Shown: positions 1-8,920, numbered from the stretch's first letter. The stretch: 64,000 nucleotides of DNA from Candidatus Bipolaricaulota bacterium (GCA_030550495.1 JAUQPG010000001.1:44512-108511), one strand, 5' to 3'. Program-made: numbers and translations. Notes: generated by a model from the sequence alone, not told the origin.

Positions 1-1365
1 TTGATCAAGAAGGGCAAGGCATACGTCTGTGATCTCTCGCCTGAGGAGGTCAGCGAATATCGGGGCAAAGCCATCATTCAAGACGGGAAGGTCATCACCC
101 CGCCGGGGAGAGAGAGCCCCTATCGCAATCGCTCCGTCGAAGAGAATCTCGATCTCTTCAGGAGAATGCGCGCGGGAGAGTTCCCCGATGGCTCAAAGAC
201 CCTGCGCGCTAAGATCGACATGGCTCACCCCAATTTAAATATGCGCGACCCCGTCATGTATCGCATCATGCGCGTTCCACACTATCGCACGGGCACGAAG
301 TGGTGCATCTACCCCACCTATGACTGGGCCCATGGACAATCTGATTCTATCGAGGGAATCACGCACTCGATCTGCACCCTGGAGTTTGAAGACCATCGGC
401 CGCTCTACGATTGGTTTTTAGATCAGTTGGGGGTCCACCATCCGCGGCAGATCGAGTTTGCTCGGTTAAATCTCACATATACGGTGATGAGCAAGCGTTA
501 TCTCTTGCAGCTGGTGCAAGAGGGCTACGTGCGCGGTTGGGATGACCCTAGGATGCCCACGCTGGCAGGGATGCGCCGACGTGGCTACACCCCAGAAGCC
601 ATCCACGAATTTGTCCGCCGCGTGGGGGTCTCCAAGCGCGAGAGCATCACGGAACTAGAGCTTCTGGAGCATTGTGTCAGACAAGACTTAAACAAACGCG
701 CACTCCGACGCTTAGCCGTGCTCGACCCGTTGAAAGTCGTCATCACGAACTACCCTGACGATAAAGTTGAGTGGCTTGAAGCGATCAACAACCCCGAAGA
801 CCCAAGTGCCGGTACGCGTCAGATCCCGTTCTCCAAAGTCATTTACATTGAGCGCGACGATTTTATGGAGAACCCGCCGAAAGATTTCTATCGCTTAGCT
901 CCTGGGCGCGAAGTGCGATTGCGCTATGCGTACTTTATCAAGTGTGCGGACGTCATCAAAGACGCCCACGGTAAGGTGATCGAGTTGCACTGCACGTATG
1001 ACCCAGCCACGCGCGGCGGAGACGCTCCCGACGGGCGCAAGGTGAAAGCGACAATTCACTGGGTCTCGGCGCAGCATGCTATTGAGGCCGAAGTGCGCTT
1101 ATACGATAAGCTCTTCACCAAGCCCGATCCGTTGGATGTCCCCGAGGGACACGATTGGAAGGAGAACATCAACCCGAACTCGCTCATAGTTTTAACGCAC
1201 TGCAAGCTCGAGCCCAGCCTAGCCGACGCCAAAGTCGGGGATCGCTTTCAATTTGAGCGCAAAGGGTACTTCTGCGTTGATCCGGACTCGACCCCAGAAC
1301 GATTAGTCTTTAACCGCACGGTGACGCTCAAGGGCGAGTGGGAGAAGGTAAGGCAGCAGGGCTAG
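1..1365 (+). CDS. glnS: Glutaminyl-tRNA synthetase, C-terminal 454 aa (5' end cut by window)
   Basis: Translation has class I GlnRS catalytic and anticodon-binding region (…[32 protein letters not shown]…, …[14 protein letters not shown]…). Frame is open from window start. Confidence 0.85.
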   Translation: MIKKGKAYVCDLSPEEVSEYRGKAIIQDGKVITPPGRESPYRNRSVEENLDLFRRMRAGEFPDGSKTLRAKIDMAHPNLNMRDPVMYRIMRVPHYRTGTKWCIYPTYDWAHGQSDSIEGITHSICTLEFEDHRPLYDWFLDQLGVHHPRQIEFARLNLTYTVMSKRYLLQLVQEGYVRGWDDPRMPTLAGMRRRGYTPEAIHEFVRRVGVSKRESITELELLEHCVRQDLNKRALRRLAVLDPLKVVITNYPDDKVEWLEAINNPEDPSAGTRQIPFSKVIYIERDDFMENPPKDFYRLAPGREVRLRYAYFIKCADVIKDAHGKVIELHCTYDPATRGGDAPDGRKVKATIHWVSAQHAIEAEVRLYDKLFTKPDPLDVPEGHDWKENINPNSLIVLTHCKLEPSLADAKVGDRFQFERKGYFCVDPDSTPERLVFNRTVTLKGEWEKVRQQG

Positions 1366-1398
1366 CTCGGTGCTTCCCTGGGGAGTACAATACTCTCG

Positions 1399-2208
1399 AT
1401 GCGCTCGGTATCGCTTGCCCCGGGATTAGAATTGATAGACCTGGCGCTCTTCTTGCCTGAACGCAGAGCGCTTGCTCTCGCTGACGTTCACTTGGGAATT
1501 GAAGACGCTCTCAAAGACGAAGGCATCCTCGTGCCAAGACAGCATCTTGCTCAAGTCCAAGAGAGATTAGAGCGTATCTTTAAAGAGCTCGCGATCACAC
1601 CTGCAGAACCATTAGAGAAAATTATTGTCAACGGCGATCTGCGCCATCAGTTCGGCCCGCTCTCGCGAATCGAGCATAAAGAGTCCAAAGAATTTCTGCG
1701 CTGGCTTGCTCCATGGACAGAACAAATTGTTCTCATCGAGGGCAATCACGACGGCTCGCTCCAGCACTTTGCCAATGAGCGCATTACAGTAACAAAGAGC
1801 CATAGCGAGGGCTACTGCTGGTTCGTGCATGGGGATGAGGCCCTCACTCCCAGCCCCTCTCCCGTGGGTCAGCCACGGGAGAGGGGTGGCCGCAAGGCCG
1901 GGGTGAGGGCCAAAGCGTGGCTCATCATCGGCCACGAGCACCCTGCCGTGGGCTTGCGCGATCCCGTCACTGGGCGCATAGAAATCTATAAGTGCTTTCT
2001 CGTGGGAACTTTCAAAGGGCACAATCTCTTGGTCTTGCCGTCGTTCAATCAGCTAGTGCGCGGCAGTGATCTCTTGAAAGAGCAGCCCCTCTCGCCATTC
2101 GTGCAGCAAAGCGATCTCGAAGAGTTTTCAGTCTATCCCGTCTCCGACGACGGACAGATCTATGAATTCGGCCCACTGCGCCGCTTACTCTCTCCCTCTC
2201 CCCTTTGA
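1399..2208 (+). CDS. Calcineurin-like metallophosphoesterase with an in-frame ~24-aa repeat-encoded insertion (TPSPSPVGQPRERGGRKAGVRAK)
   Basis: Motifs LADVHLG, IEGNHDGS, VHGDE and GHEHP. ATG 1399 sits 7 nt after TACAAT (1386-1391). Palindromic repeat at 1839-1911 lies between the GDE and GHEH motifs. Confidence 0.6.
   Translation: MRSVSLAPGLELIDLALFLPERRALALADVHLGIEDALKDEGILVPRQHLAQVQERLERIFKELAITPAEPLEKIIVNGDLRHQFGPLSRIEHKESKEFLRWLAPWTEQIVLIEGNHDGSLQHFANERITVTKSHSEGYCWFVHGDEALTPSPSPVGQPRERGGRKAGVRAKAWLIIGHEHPAVGLRDPVTGRIEIYKCFLVGTFKGHNLLVLPSFNQLVRGSDLLKEQPLSPFVQQSDLEEFSVYPVSDDGQIYEFGPLRRLLSPSPL
1839..1911. repeat. Nested palindromic repeat copy (a): GGCCCTCAC…CCCCTCTCCCGTGG-gtcag-CCACGGGAGAGGGG…GTGAGGGCC
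   Basis: Read directly: 9-bp outer inverted repeat and 14-bp inner inverted repeat. Lies inside the phosphoesterase ORF and preserves its frame. Confidence 0.6.
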
Positions 2209-2230
2209 GGGAGAGGGATACAGGTGAGGG
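2188..2230. repeat. Partial repeat copy (b): CTCCCTCTCCCC-tttg-AGGGAGAGGGA…GGTGAGGG, left outer arm missing
   Basis: Same inner hairpin as copy (d) plus the right outer arm. Spans the phosphoesterase stop and the folC RBS. Confidence 0.45.
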
Positions 2231-2234
2231 GAAG

Positions 2235-3512
2235 ATGACCTACGAAGCGATGCTCCAGAAACTCTATAATCTCAAGGGCACCGGGCTCGATTTGGAGCGC
2301 ATTTTAGGTCTGTTGGGAAACCCACACAAAAGCTTTCGCACCATTCGCGTCGCGGGCACTAACGGCAAGGGCTCGGTTTGCGCGTTCCTAGCGCAGATCT
2401 TACAAGAAGCGGGCTTGCGCATCGGGCTGTTTACCTCTCCCCATCTGGTCCATCCTGAAGAGCGCATTCGCGTCAATGATCGCGAGATCTCATGTGAAGA
2501 ATTTCACGCCCAGTTTGCGCGCATCTGGGCTGTGATCGAAGAGATCTATGGGGCTGAAAGCGAAAAGTATGCGCGGTTCTTCGAAGTGCTGACGCTGATG
2601 GCGCTCGATTACTTTCACAAAGAGCAAGTCGACTGGGCGGTGATCGAGTGTGGGGTGGGCGCACGGACAGACGCCACACGTGTTATCTCTGCTGAGGTCT
2701 CCGTCTTGACCAACGTCGAGCTGGACCACAAAGATTCTCTTGGGCAGACGATAACGCAAATCGCCTATCAGAAGGCTGCCGTCGTCTCCGACGGGGGAAC
2801 TTTAATCACCGCTGAGACCAAGCCCGAGGCGCTCGCGGAGATCGAACGCGAGTGTCGGCTCAAGAATGCGCGGCTGATTCAGCTCGATCTCTCAGGGCTT
2901 CGGGCAAAATCGAACAGTTGGGATGGCCAGTGCTTCGACTGGCAGGCTTGGAAAGGCTTGGAAATCTCGCTGTTGGGGGGGTATCAGCTTCAGAATGCCG
3001 CTTTGGCTGTTGCCGCTGCGAGTACTTTAGGCGAGCCCGCGATCACGGAGAGCGCGATCCGAGCAGGGCTGCGCAAGACTCGCTGGCCTGGTCGGATGGA
3101 GTTGCTCTGTAAAAACCCCTATGTTATGCTAGACGGGGCGAAGAACCCTGCGGGGATGCGGGCGCTGTGCACGGCGCTCTCCCCGTTGGAATACAAGCGT
3201 TGCATAGTAGTCTTAGGGATATCTGATCGCAAGGACGCAGCAGCCATGATCCGAGAGATCGTGCCCAAAGCTGACAGCGTGATCGTCACGCGCGCGGCCT
3301 TTCGGGGGGTCGACCCAGAATATTTAGCGTCTTTGATTCGGCCCTATGGTGTGCCCTGTACCGTTACATCAAAACCAGAGAGAGCCATAGAATTGGCCCT
3401 AGCTCAAGCACACCAACGCGATCTTATCTGTGTGACCGGATCGCTCTTTCTCGTGGGCGAGGTTCGGGCCTGGTGGAAAGGACAGGAGCATTCTTGTAAA
3501 GATTCTCATTGA
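2235..3512 (+). CDS. folC: Folylpolyglutamate synthase / dihydrofolate synthase
   Basis: Mur-ligase-family P-loop (IRVAGTNGKGSVCAFLA) and FolC-like body. ATG 2235 is preceded by GAGGGGAAG; the ORF-track start at 2205 is probably too far upstream. Confidence 0.8.
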   Translation: MTYEAMLQKLYNLKGTGLDLERILGLLGNPHKSFRTIRVAGTNGKGSVCAFLAQILQEAGLRIGLFTSPHLVHPEERIRVNDREISCEEFHAQFARIWAVIEEIYGAESEKYARFFEVLTLMALDYFHKEQVDWAVIECGVGARTDATRVISAEVSVLTNVELDHKDSLGQTITQIAYQKAAVVSDGGTLITAETKPEALAEIERECRLKNARLIQLDLSGLRAKSNSWDGQCFDWQAWKGLEISLLGGYQLQNAALAVAAASTLGEPAITESAIRAGLRKTRWPGRMELLCKNPYVMLDGAKNPAGMRALCTALSPLEYKRCIVVLGISDRKDAAAMIREIVPKADSVIVTRAAFRGVDPEYLASLIRPYGVPCTVTSKPERAIELALAQAHQRDLICVTGSLFLVGEVRAWWKGQEHSCKDSH

Positions 3513-3861
3513 GAACTTACAGCTCTTCGGCCATCACGGCGTGCACGAGCACGAACGCGCACGCGGTCAATTCTTTGCTGTTGACGCGGAGCTTGAATTC
3601 GATCTTCCTTCAAAAGACGAGCTTTCAGAAACTGTAGATTACGTCTGTGTGATCGAGCGGATTCGCGCCGTGAACGAATCGAGCTCGTTCTCTTTAATGG
3701 AGACATTTGCCCAGGCTATCGCCGAGGAGATCTTACGAAATTTCTCTAGAGTGCAGCGGGTGCGGGTGCGCGTGAGGAAGCTCCATCCGCCCTTGCCCTC
3801 GGATATCACCGTGGGGGCCATAGCCGCAGAGGTGATCCACGATCGCTCGCGCCTATATTAG
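3493..3861 (+). CDS. folB: Dihydroneopterin aldolase; start codon unclear, overlaps folC 3' end
   Basis: In-frame upstream extension reads LVKILIENLQLFGHHGVHEHERARGQFFAVD, the typical FolB N-terminus. No canonical start codon lies upstream of that conserved segment in this frame. Confidence 0.65.
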   Translation, partial: LVKILIENLQLFGHHGVHEHERARGQFFAVDAELEFDLPSKDELSETVDYVCVIERIRAVNESSSFSLMETFAQAIAEEILRNFSRVQRVRVRVRKLHPPLPSDITVGAIAAEVIHDRSRLY

Positions 3862-3862
3862 T

Positions 3863-4408
3863 TTGGGCTCGAACGTGGGCCATCGAGAAGAACAAATTCA
3901 AAGAGCTGTGAGCGCTTTGGCTCACAATGCTCATATAAAGATCTGTCGACAAGCTCGACTCTATGAGACCGAGCCCGTGGGCAGAGAAGATCAGCCTTGG
4001 TTTCTCAATACCGTCATCGAGATCGAGACCGACTTAACCCCGCGCGAGTTGTTAACAGTTTGCAAGCAGATTGAGCGTGCCCTTGGGCGGCAGGAGCATG
4101 GGCGCTACGGCCCGCGTGAGATCGACTTAGATATTTTGCTCTATGACGATATTGTCGTGAACGAGCCTGAGCTGCAGATCCCTCACGCTCAGCTCCCGCA
4201 GCGACGCTTTGTGCTAGTGCCCCTTGCAGAGCTCGCCCCAGAACATGTTCATCCCATCTTGCGCAAAACTATAAGAGAACTGCTCCGAGACCTGACAGAC
4301 CCCAAGGAGGTGAGGCCCTACGGTCACCGAGATTCTCATCGAGACAGTTGCTCCGGTGACACGTATCGCGCTCCTCGAAGACGGACGCCTCATGGAGATT
4401 CACTATGA
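3863..4408 (+). CDS. folK: 2-amino-4-hydroxy-6-hydroxymethyldihydropteridine pyrophosphokinase (HPPK)
   Basis: (AYIS)LGSNVG…IKICRQARLYETEPVG…REIDLDILLY…IPHAQLPQRRFVLVPLAEL. The conserved N-terminus starts a few codons upstream of TTG 3863. Confidence 0.75.
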   Translation: MGSNVGHREEQIQRAVSALAHNAHIKICRQARLYETEPVGREDQPWFLNTVIEIETDLTPRELLTVCKQIERALGRQEHGRYGPREIDLDILLYDDIVVNEPELQIPHAQLPQRRFVLVPLAELAPEHVHPILRKTIRELLRDLTDPKEVRPYGHRDSHRDSCSGDTYRAPRRRTPHGDSL

Positions 4409-5528
4409 CAACCCAGAGCGCATCCTGGGCAACATCTACAAGGGGATCGTGCGCGATATTCTGCCGGGGATCAACTCAGCCTTTGTCGACGTAGGGCTTG
4501 AGGAGAAGCTCTTTCTCTCGATTAAAGAAGTCAGTGACAGCCTGCTGCGCGAGCATCGCGCCGGCAAGAAATCTCAGATCCAGAAGCTCTTCAAGAGCGG
4601 CCAACAGATCATTTTGCAGGTGAAGCGGGAGGGGATCGGGACGAAGAACCCCCAAGGGACGATGAAGATCAGCCTTCCCGGGCGCTATTGGGTCTTCTTG
4701 CCCACGGATGAGCGCTTGGGGGTCTCACGACGGATCACCGATGAGCAGGAGAGCCGACGCCTCAAAAAGATCGCCAAGAAGCTTAAACGCAAAGGAGAGG
4801 GGCTGATTGCGCGCACCGCGGCTGCTGGTGCTTCTGAAGAAGACCTTGAGCGAGACTTCAATTATCTCTTGGGGACATGGAAAGGGATCGAAGAGCAAGC
4901 GCAGCGTGTGAAGGCTCCGGCGCTGCTCTATCGCGGGCCGGATCTCGTGCGCGCTTTCTTACGTGATCGCTTGATAGAAGACGTCAAACGCGTGGTAGTT
5001 GACAGTGAGCGCGTCTATCAGCAGATCAAGGATTTTCTCTCGTACATGCACATGGAAGAGTTCTTAGATCGTATAGAGCTCTATCGTGGGAAGCGGCCGC
5101 TCTTTGAAGTCCGCGGGGTGGAGAAACAATTACGAGAGAGCTTGCAGCCGCGGGTGCGCCTGCCTAGTGGGGGCTTCCTCGTGATTGCGGAGACCGAGGC
5201 GCTCACGGCCATTGACGTAAACACCGGCAGCGATGTGAGGCATCAGGATCAGGAGCAGGCGATCCTCAACACGAACCTGGAGGCTGCTGAGGAGATCCCG
5301 CGGCAGTTGCGGCTGCGCAAGCTGAGCGGGATTATCATCGCGGACTTTGTGGATATGAAGCGGCGCGACCACCTCGAAAAAGTGATTCACAAGCTTCAAG
5401 AGGAGCTGAAGAAGGACCGCGTGCCCGCGGATTTTGTGGACATTACGAAGTTAGGGCTGGTGGAGATCACGCGCAAGCGCGAGGGGGAGAGTTTGCTGGG
5501 CATGCTGGAGGAGGAAGAGGAGACTTGA
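4356..5528 (+). CDS. rng: Ribonuclease G/E family endoribonuclease (S1 plus catalytic domain)
   Basis: RIALLEDGRLMEIHYD…NIYKGIVRDILPGINSAFVDVGLEEKLFL…DVNTGS. The conserved N-terminal segment (TEILIETVAPV) lies in-frame upstream of the first GTG (4356) with no canonical start; RBS AAGGAGG at 4304-4310. Confidence 0.75.
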   Translation: MTRIALLEDGRLMEIHYDNPERILGNIYKGIVRDILPGINSAFVDVGLEEKLFLSIKEVSDSLLREHRAGKKSQIQKLFKSGQQIILQVKREGIGTKNPQGTMKISLPGRYWVFLPTDERLGVSRRITDEQESRRLKKIAKKLKRKGEGLIARTAAAGASEEDLERDFNYLLGTWKGIEEQAQRVKAPALLYRGPDLVRAFLRDRLIEDVKRVVVDSERVYQQIKDFLSYMHMEEFLDRIELYRGKRPLFEVRGVEKQLRESLQPRVRLPSGGFLVIAETEALTAIDVNTGSDVRHQDQEQAILNTNLEAAEEIPRQLRLRKLSGIIIADFVDMKRRDHLEKVIHKLQEELKKDRVPADFVDITKLGLVEITRKREGESLLGMLEEEEET

Positions 5529-5603
5529 AAGTGTCCGGGAAACACGCTAATATGTCTTGCTATAGACTGTGAACTGGCAACTTGCAACTGAGACCTATCT
5601 CGT

Positions 5604-5678
5604 GGGCGCATAGCTCAGCGGGAGAGCGCCTGCTTCACACGCAGGAGGTCCGAGGTTCAAGTCCTCGTGCGCCCACCC
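5604..5678 (+). tRNA. tRNA-Val (anticodon CAC)
   Basis: Cloverleaf read by hand: acceptor GGGCGCA/TGCGCCC, D-stem GCTC/GAGC, anticodon stem CCTGC/GCAGG with loop TTCACAC, T-arm CGAGG-TTCAAGT-CCTCG, discriminator A, CC. Confidence 0.9.
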
Positions 5679-5691
5679 GAAGGGGTATCTC

Positions 5692-5961
5692 ATGAAGACG
5701 CTCAATATCCCCGTCCCTGAAGACCTGCCTGATTTGCTGAAGATGTCCGACGAAGAATTTCGTAGGGAAGCCCAACTTTTACTTGCTACTAAGCTTTATG
5801 AACTAGGCAAGCTTACCGCGGGCATGGCTGCTCGCCTCGCCGGTGTGGACAGAGTCACATTCTTGACCCTGCTCGCTCGCTACCACGCCCCAGCAATCAA
5901 CCTCACAGGCGACGAAGTAATGCGTGAAATAGAAGCAGCTCGAGGGCTTGCCACGCCATGA
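5692..5961 (+). CDS. UPF0175-family antitoxin-like protein
   Basis: 89 aa: …EEFRREAQLLLATKLYELGKLTAGMAARLAGVDRVTFLTLLARY…, the typical UPF0175 signature. Overlaps the next gene by 4 nt. Confidence 0.6.
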   Translation: MKTLNIPVPEDLPDLLKMSDEEFRREAQLLLATKLYELGKLTAGMAARLAGVDRVTFLTLLARYHAPAINLTGDEVMREIEAARGLATP

Positions 5962-6443
5962 AGCGCCGCGTCTCCAATGCTTCCCCCGCCATCTTTTTAG
6001 CCAAGCTCGACCGGCTGGAACTGTTGCGCCTTGGCGTGGATGAAGTCTTGATCCCCACAGAAGTTCTCGCGGAACTTCGTGCCAAGCAAGATGATGTCAC
6101 TCAACACTTGGAGAAGCACCTGAACACGTGGCTCAGGGAATGTCAACTTGTTCAACGAGAAGCTGCGCAACTATTGATCGACTTGGACGAAGGAGAGCGG
6201 GCAGCCATAGCTCAAGCGTTACAAGAGCAAGCGATCAGCATAGCTACTGATGATATGGCCGCACGGCGCTTGGCGCGCCGCCTTGGCCTGGAGCCCATTG
6301 GCACAGTTGGACTGCTCTTAGCAGCCAAAAAGCGCGGGATGCTCCAATCTTTGCAAGCCGAGATCGGACGACTTAAGGCCTTGGGCTTTTGGATTGCTGA
6401 TGATTTAGTACGACAAGCCTTGCATGAGGCAGGAGAAACATAA
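5958..6443 (+). CDS. DUF3368 / PIN-like putative toxin (partner of UPF0175)
   Basis: 161 aa. N-terminus (AIFLAKLDRLELLRLGVDEVLIPTEVLAEL) resembles DUF3368 PIN-like nucleic-acid-binding proteins. Translationally coupled to the upstream small gene. Confidence 0.55.
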   Translation: MKRRVSNASPAIFLAKLDRLELLRLGVDEVLIPTEVLAELRAKQDDVTQHLEKHLNTWLRECQLVQREAAQLLIDLDEGERAAIAQALQEQAISIATDDMAARRLARRLGLEPIGTVGLLLAAKKRGMLQSLQAEIGRLKALGFWIADDLVRQALHEAGET

Positions 6444-6484
6444 CACACGCAGGAGGTCCGAGGTTCAAGTCCTCGTGCGCCCAC
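6444..6484 (+). repeat. 41-bp direct repeat of the tRNA-Val 3' part (anticodon nt 34 to acceptor end); attR-like
   Basis: 6444-6484 is identical to 5636-5676 (CACACGCAGGAGGTCCGAGGTTCAAGTCCTCGTGCGCCCAC); flanking bases differ. Confidence 0.85.
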
Positions 6485-8105
6485 TATACATATGCTCCTG
6501 CGCCGTGCCTGCCGGCAAAAAGAGCGTCACAATCAGGGCTAACACGGCAACGATCAACCCAACAATAAAGACCCAATGGAGCGCTGTCGCTAAGATCTGT
6601 TGGAGCGCGTCTAAAACGGGAGCCGGCAGCTGCGCCCGCGTCACTGGATTGATCAGCGCGTCGGGGTGGCGCAAAAGATCAGCTAACTTCTCTGCAGACA
6701 GCGAGCTGCCTAGCTCTGGGAGATTATTCACTTGCACCTGCATCTGAGCGCTCAGCACTGCTCCCATAACCGCAACACCGACCGCTCCCCCAATAGAGCG
6801 GAAGAAGACTATCCCCGACGTCGCTATCCCCAATCGATCGCGCGGCACTGAAGTCTGTACAGCAATTAGGAGCGTGATCATCGAGAAGCCCATCCCCGCC
6901 CCCGCGAGCGCTAAATAGCCCATCACTATGAGTCGGCTTGCCTCGGCATTCAGGGTTGCTAGCCCAAGAAAGCCCGCGACCAGCAGCCCAACCCCAAGCA
7001 ACGCTATAGGGCGGTAGCCAACTTTTAGGATCATCCGGCTCCCGATAATAGAGAAGCTGACCCAGCAGAGCATGAACGGCGTGAGCGCCGTACCCGCTTC
7101 GGTCGCCGTCGTCCCAATGACTCCCTGCACAAAGAGCGGGATGAACGAGAGCGAGCCGAACATCGCCATGCCAACAAAGAAGCCGTTCGCCGAAGAGACG
7201 CTAAAAATTCTGTGTCGGAAGAGCGCAAGCGGCACAATGGGTTCTTGCGCACGACGCTCCAAAGCTATAAAAAGCACGAGCAACACAACACAGATACCGA
7301 AGAGTCCCAGCTTCACGAGGGAGTCCAAACTCTGCTGTCCTAGGGCGAGTAGCAGCAACGTTGCCAAAGCTGTGAGCGTGATCGCTCCAGCATAGTCTAT
7401 TGTGACTTTTTTGCGATGGTCGCGCGGCTCGACGAGCGCCAGTCCGATCAAGACTGCTGCCGCGATCCCGAACGGGATATTGATATAAAAGACCCAGCGC
7501 CACGAGAGGTGGTCCGTGATGAAGCCCCCAATGAGCGGGCCGATGATGCTCGCCAGCCCCCAAACCCCACTAAAGAGCCCTTGCATCCGTGCGCGCTTTT
7601 CGAGTGAGTAGATCTCCCCGATGATCGTCATGCCCAGAGGCAGGAGCGCCCCGGCTCCCAAGCCCTGAATGGCGCGAAAGAACACAAGCTGACTCATAGA
7701 CGTCGCTGCCCCAGAGAGCGCCGATCCAATGAGAAAGATCGCGATGCCCAGTAATATAAAGCGCCTGCGCCCGTACAGATCCGAGAGCCGCCCCCACAAC
7801 GGCACAGTTACTGTCGAAGTCAGAATATATGCTGAGAAGACCCAACTATAGATATGCAAGCCTCCTAAGCTGGCGATCACTGTGGGCATAGCTGTCCCGA
7901 CGACAGTTGCTTCTAAAGCGCCAAGGAAGAGCCCAAGCATGACGCCGAGCGTGACGGTCGCCCGCCGGGAGGGCGTCAACGGGATCGGCTCAGCTACAGC
8001 GAGATTAGCTGCAAGGGGCTGCGCCTCCGCACACGCACCCCCAGATGATGAGTCCAGCTTGCTCATAAGGAGTGCGAGTATAGCACAAATGAGCAGGACG
8101 CTCAA
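6465..8105 (-). CDS. MFS transporter, DHA2 (EmrB/QacA-like, 14-TMS) family
   Basis: …LGALEATVVGTAMPTVIASLGG…GRLSDLYGRRRFILLGIAIF…GLGAGALLP… True start is probably an internal Met; the stop lies inside the tRNA-fragment repeat. Confidence 0.8.
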   Translation of the reverse strand: MSVLLICAILALLMSKLDSSSGGACAEAQPLAANLAVAEPIPLTPSRRATVTLGVMLGLFLGALEATVVGTAMPTVIASLGGLHIYSWVFSAYILTSTVTVPLWGRLSDLYGRRRFILLGIAIFLIGSALSGAATSMSQLVFFRAIQGLGAGALLPLGMTIIGEIYSLEKRARMQGLFSGVWGLASIIGPLIGGFITDHLSWRWVFYINIPFGIAAAVLIGLALVEPRDHRKKVTIDYAGAITLTALATLLLLALGQQSLDSLVKLGLFGICVVLLVLFIALERRAQEPIVPLALFRHRIFSVSSANGFFVGMAMFGSLSFIPLFVQGVIGTTATEAGTALTPFMLCWVSFSIIGSRMILKVGYRPIALLGVGLLVAGFLGLATLNAEASRLIVMGYLALAGAGMGFSMITLLIAVQTSVPRDRLGIATSGIVFFRSIGGAVGVAVMGAVLSAQMQVQVNNLPELGSSLSAEKLADLLRHPDALINPVTRAQLPAPVLDALQQILATALHWVFIVGLIVAVLALIVTLFLPAGTAQEHMYSGRTRT

Positions 8106-8920
8106 GCCCTGGCACGATTGATCTCATCGCGCAGGCTCAGAGCAGCGTGGCGCGCGGCGTGGGCAAAGTCTTCACTTGAGGAAGCGAAAATCACGCTGCG
8201 CGAGACGTTTATAATCGCGAGTTCCTTGTGAGCATTCACGCTATTCTTAACGGCTCTTTCTAGGTCGCCTGCTTGGGCACCTATGCCGGGGACCAAGATG
8301 GGCATCTCGTCGCCAACGATCCGACGAACGATAGCTAATTCATTGGGAGCCGTGGCCCCGACTACGACCCCAATGTTCTTGCGCGTGTTCCACTGGCGAG
8401 CTTTTTCAGCTACGTGCTGATAGAGCGGCTTGCCATCACAGTTCAATTCTTGAAAATCTCGCGCTCCAGGGTTGGACGTGCGCACGAGCAGAAACGTGCA
8501 CTTCTCTGAATACTCTAAAAACGGCGCGACAGAATCGAAGCCCATCAAGGGATTGACCGTCACGGCGTCGAAGCGATAATACTCAAAAAGAGCTTTAGCA
8601 TAAGCCCGAGCTGTATTCTCTATATCTCCGCGCTTGGCGTCGGCAATGATGGGGATCTCCTGGGGGATGAGCTCGCGCGTCTTATACAGAATCTCTAATC
8701 CCAACGGGCCGAGCATTTCGTAGAACGCGAGATTGGGTTTATACGCACAGACGAGATCGGCCGTCGCTTCGATGATCGCTCTATTAAATTCTAAGACAGC
8801 AGAAGGGCCGTGGCGCTCGCGCAAGAACGACGGCAGCCTTGGGAACTCTGAGTCGAGCCCAATGCAGAGCCAGCTGTTATTTCGTCGCGCAACAGCGCGA
8901 AGCTTTTCAAGAAAGCTCAT
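8102..8920 (-). CDS. pyrF: Orotidine 5'-phosphate decarboxylase (type 2)
   Basis: …WLCIGLDSEF…YKPNLAFYE…IIADAKRGDIENT… with the ~270-aa type-2 layout. Confidence 0.8.
   Translation of the reverse strand: MSFLEKLRAVARRNNSWLCIGLDSEFPRLPSFLRERHGPSAVLEFNRAIIEATADLVCAYKPNLAFYEMLGPLGLEILYKTRELIPQEIPIIADAKRGDIENTARAYAKALFEYYRFDAVTVNPLMGFDSVAPFLEYSEKCTFLLVRTSNPGARDFQELNCDGKPLYQHVAEKARQWNTRKNIGVVVGATAPNELAIVRRIVGDEMPILVPGIGAQAGDLERAVKNSVNAHKELAIINVSRSVIFASSSEDFAHAARHAALSLRDEINRARA

Noticed and set aside
1612-2679. Multiple antisense or alternative-frame ORFs from the track (e.g. 1612..2022-, 2264..2476-, 2473..2679-, 2490..2759-) overlapping the phosphoesterase and folC
   Set aside because: They lie wholly inside well-supported genes on the opposite strand and have the Arg/Ser/Pro-rich composition typical of GC-rich off-frame translation. 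The same holds for most 60-170-aa shadow ORFs throughout the window.
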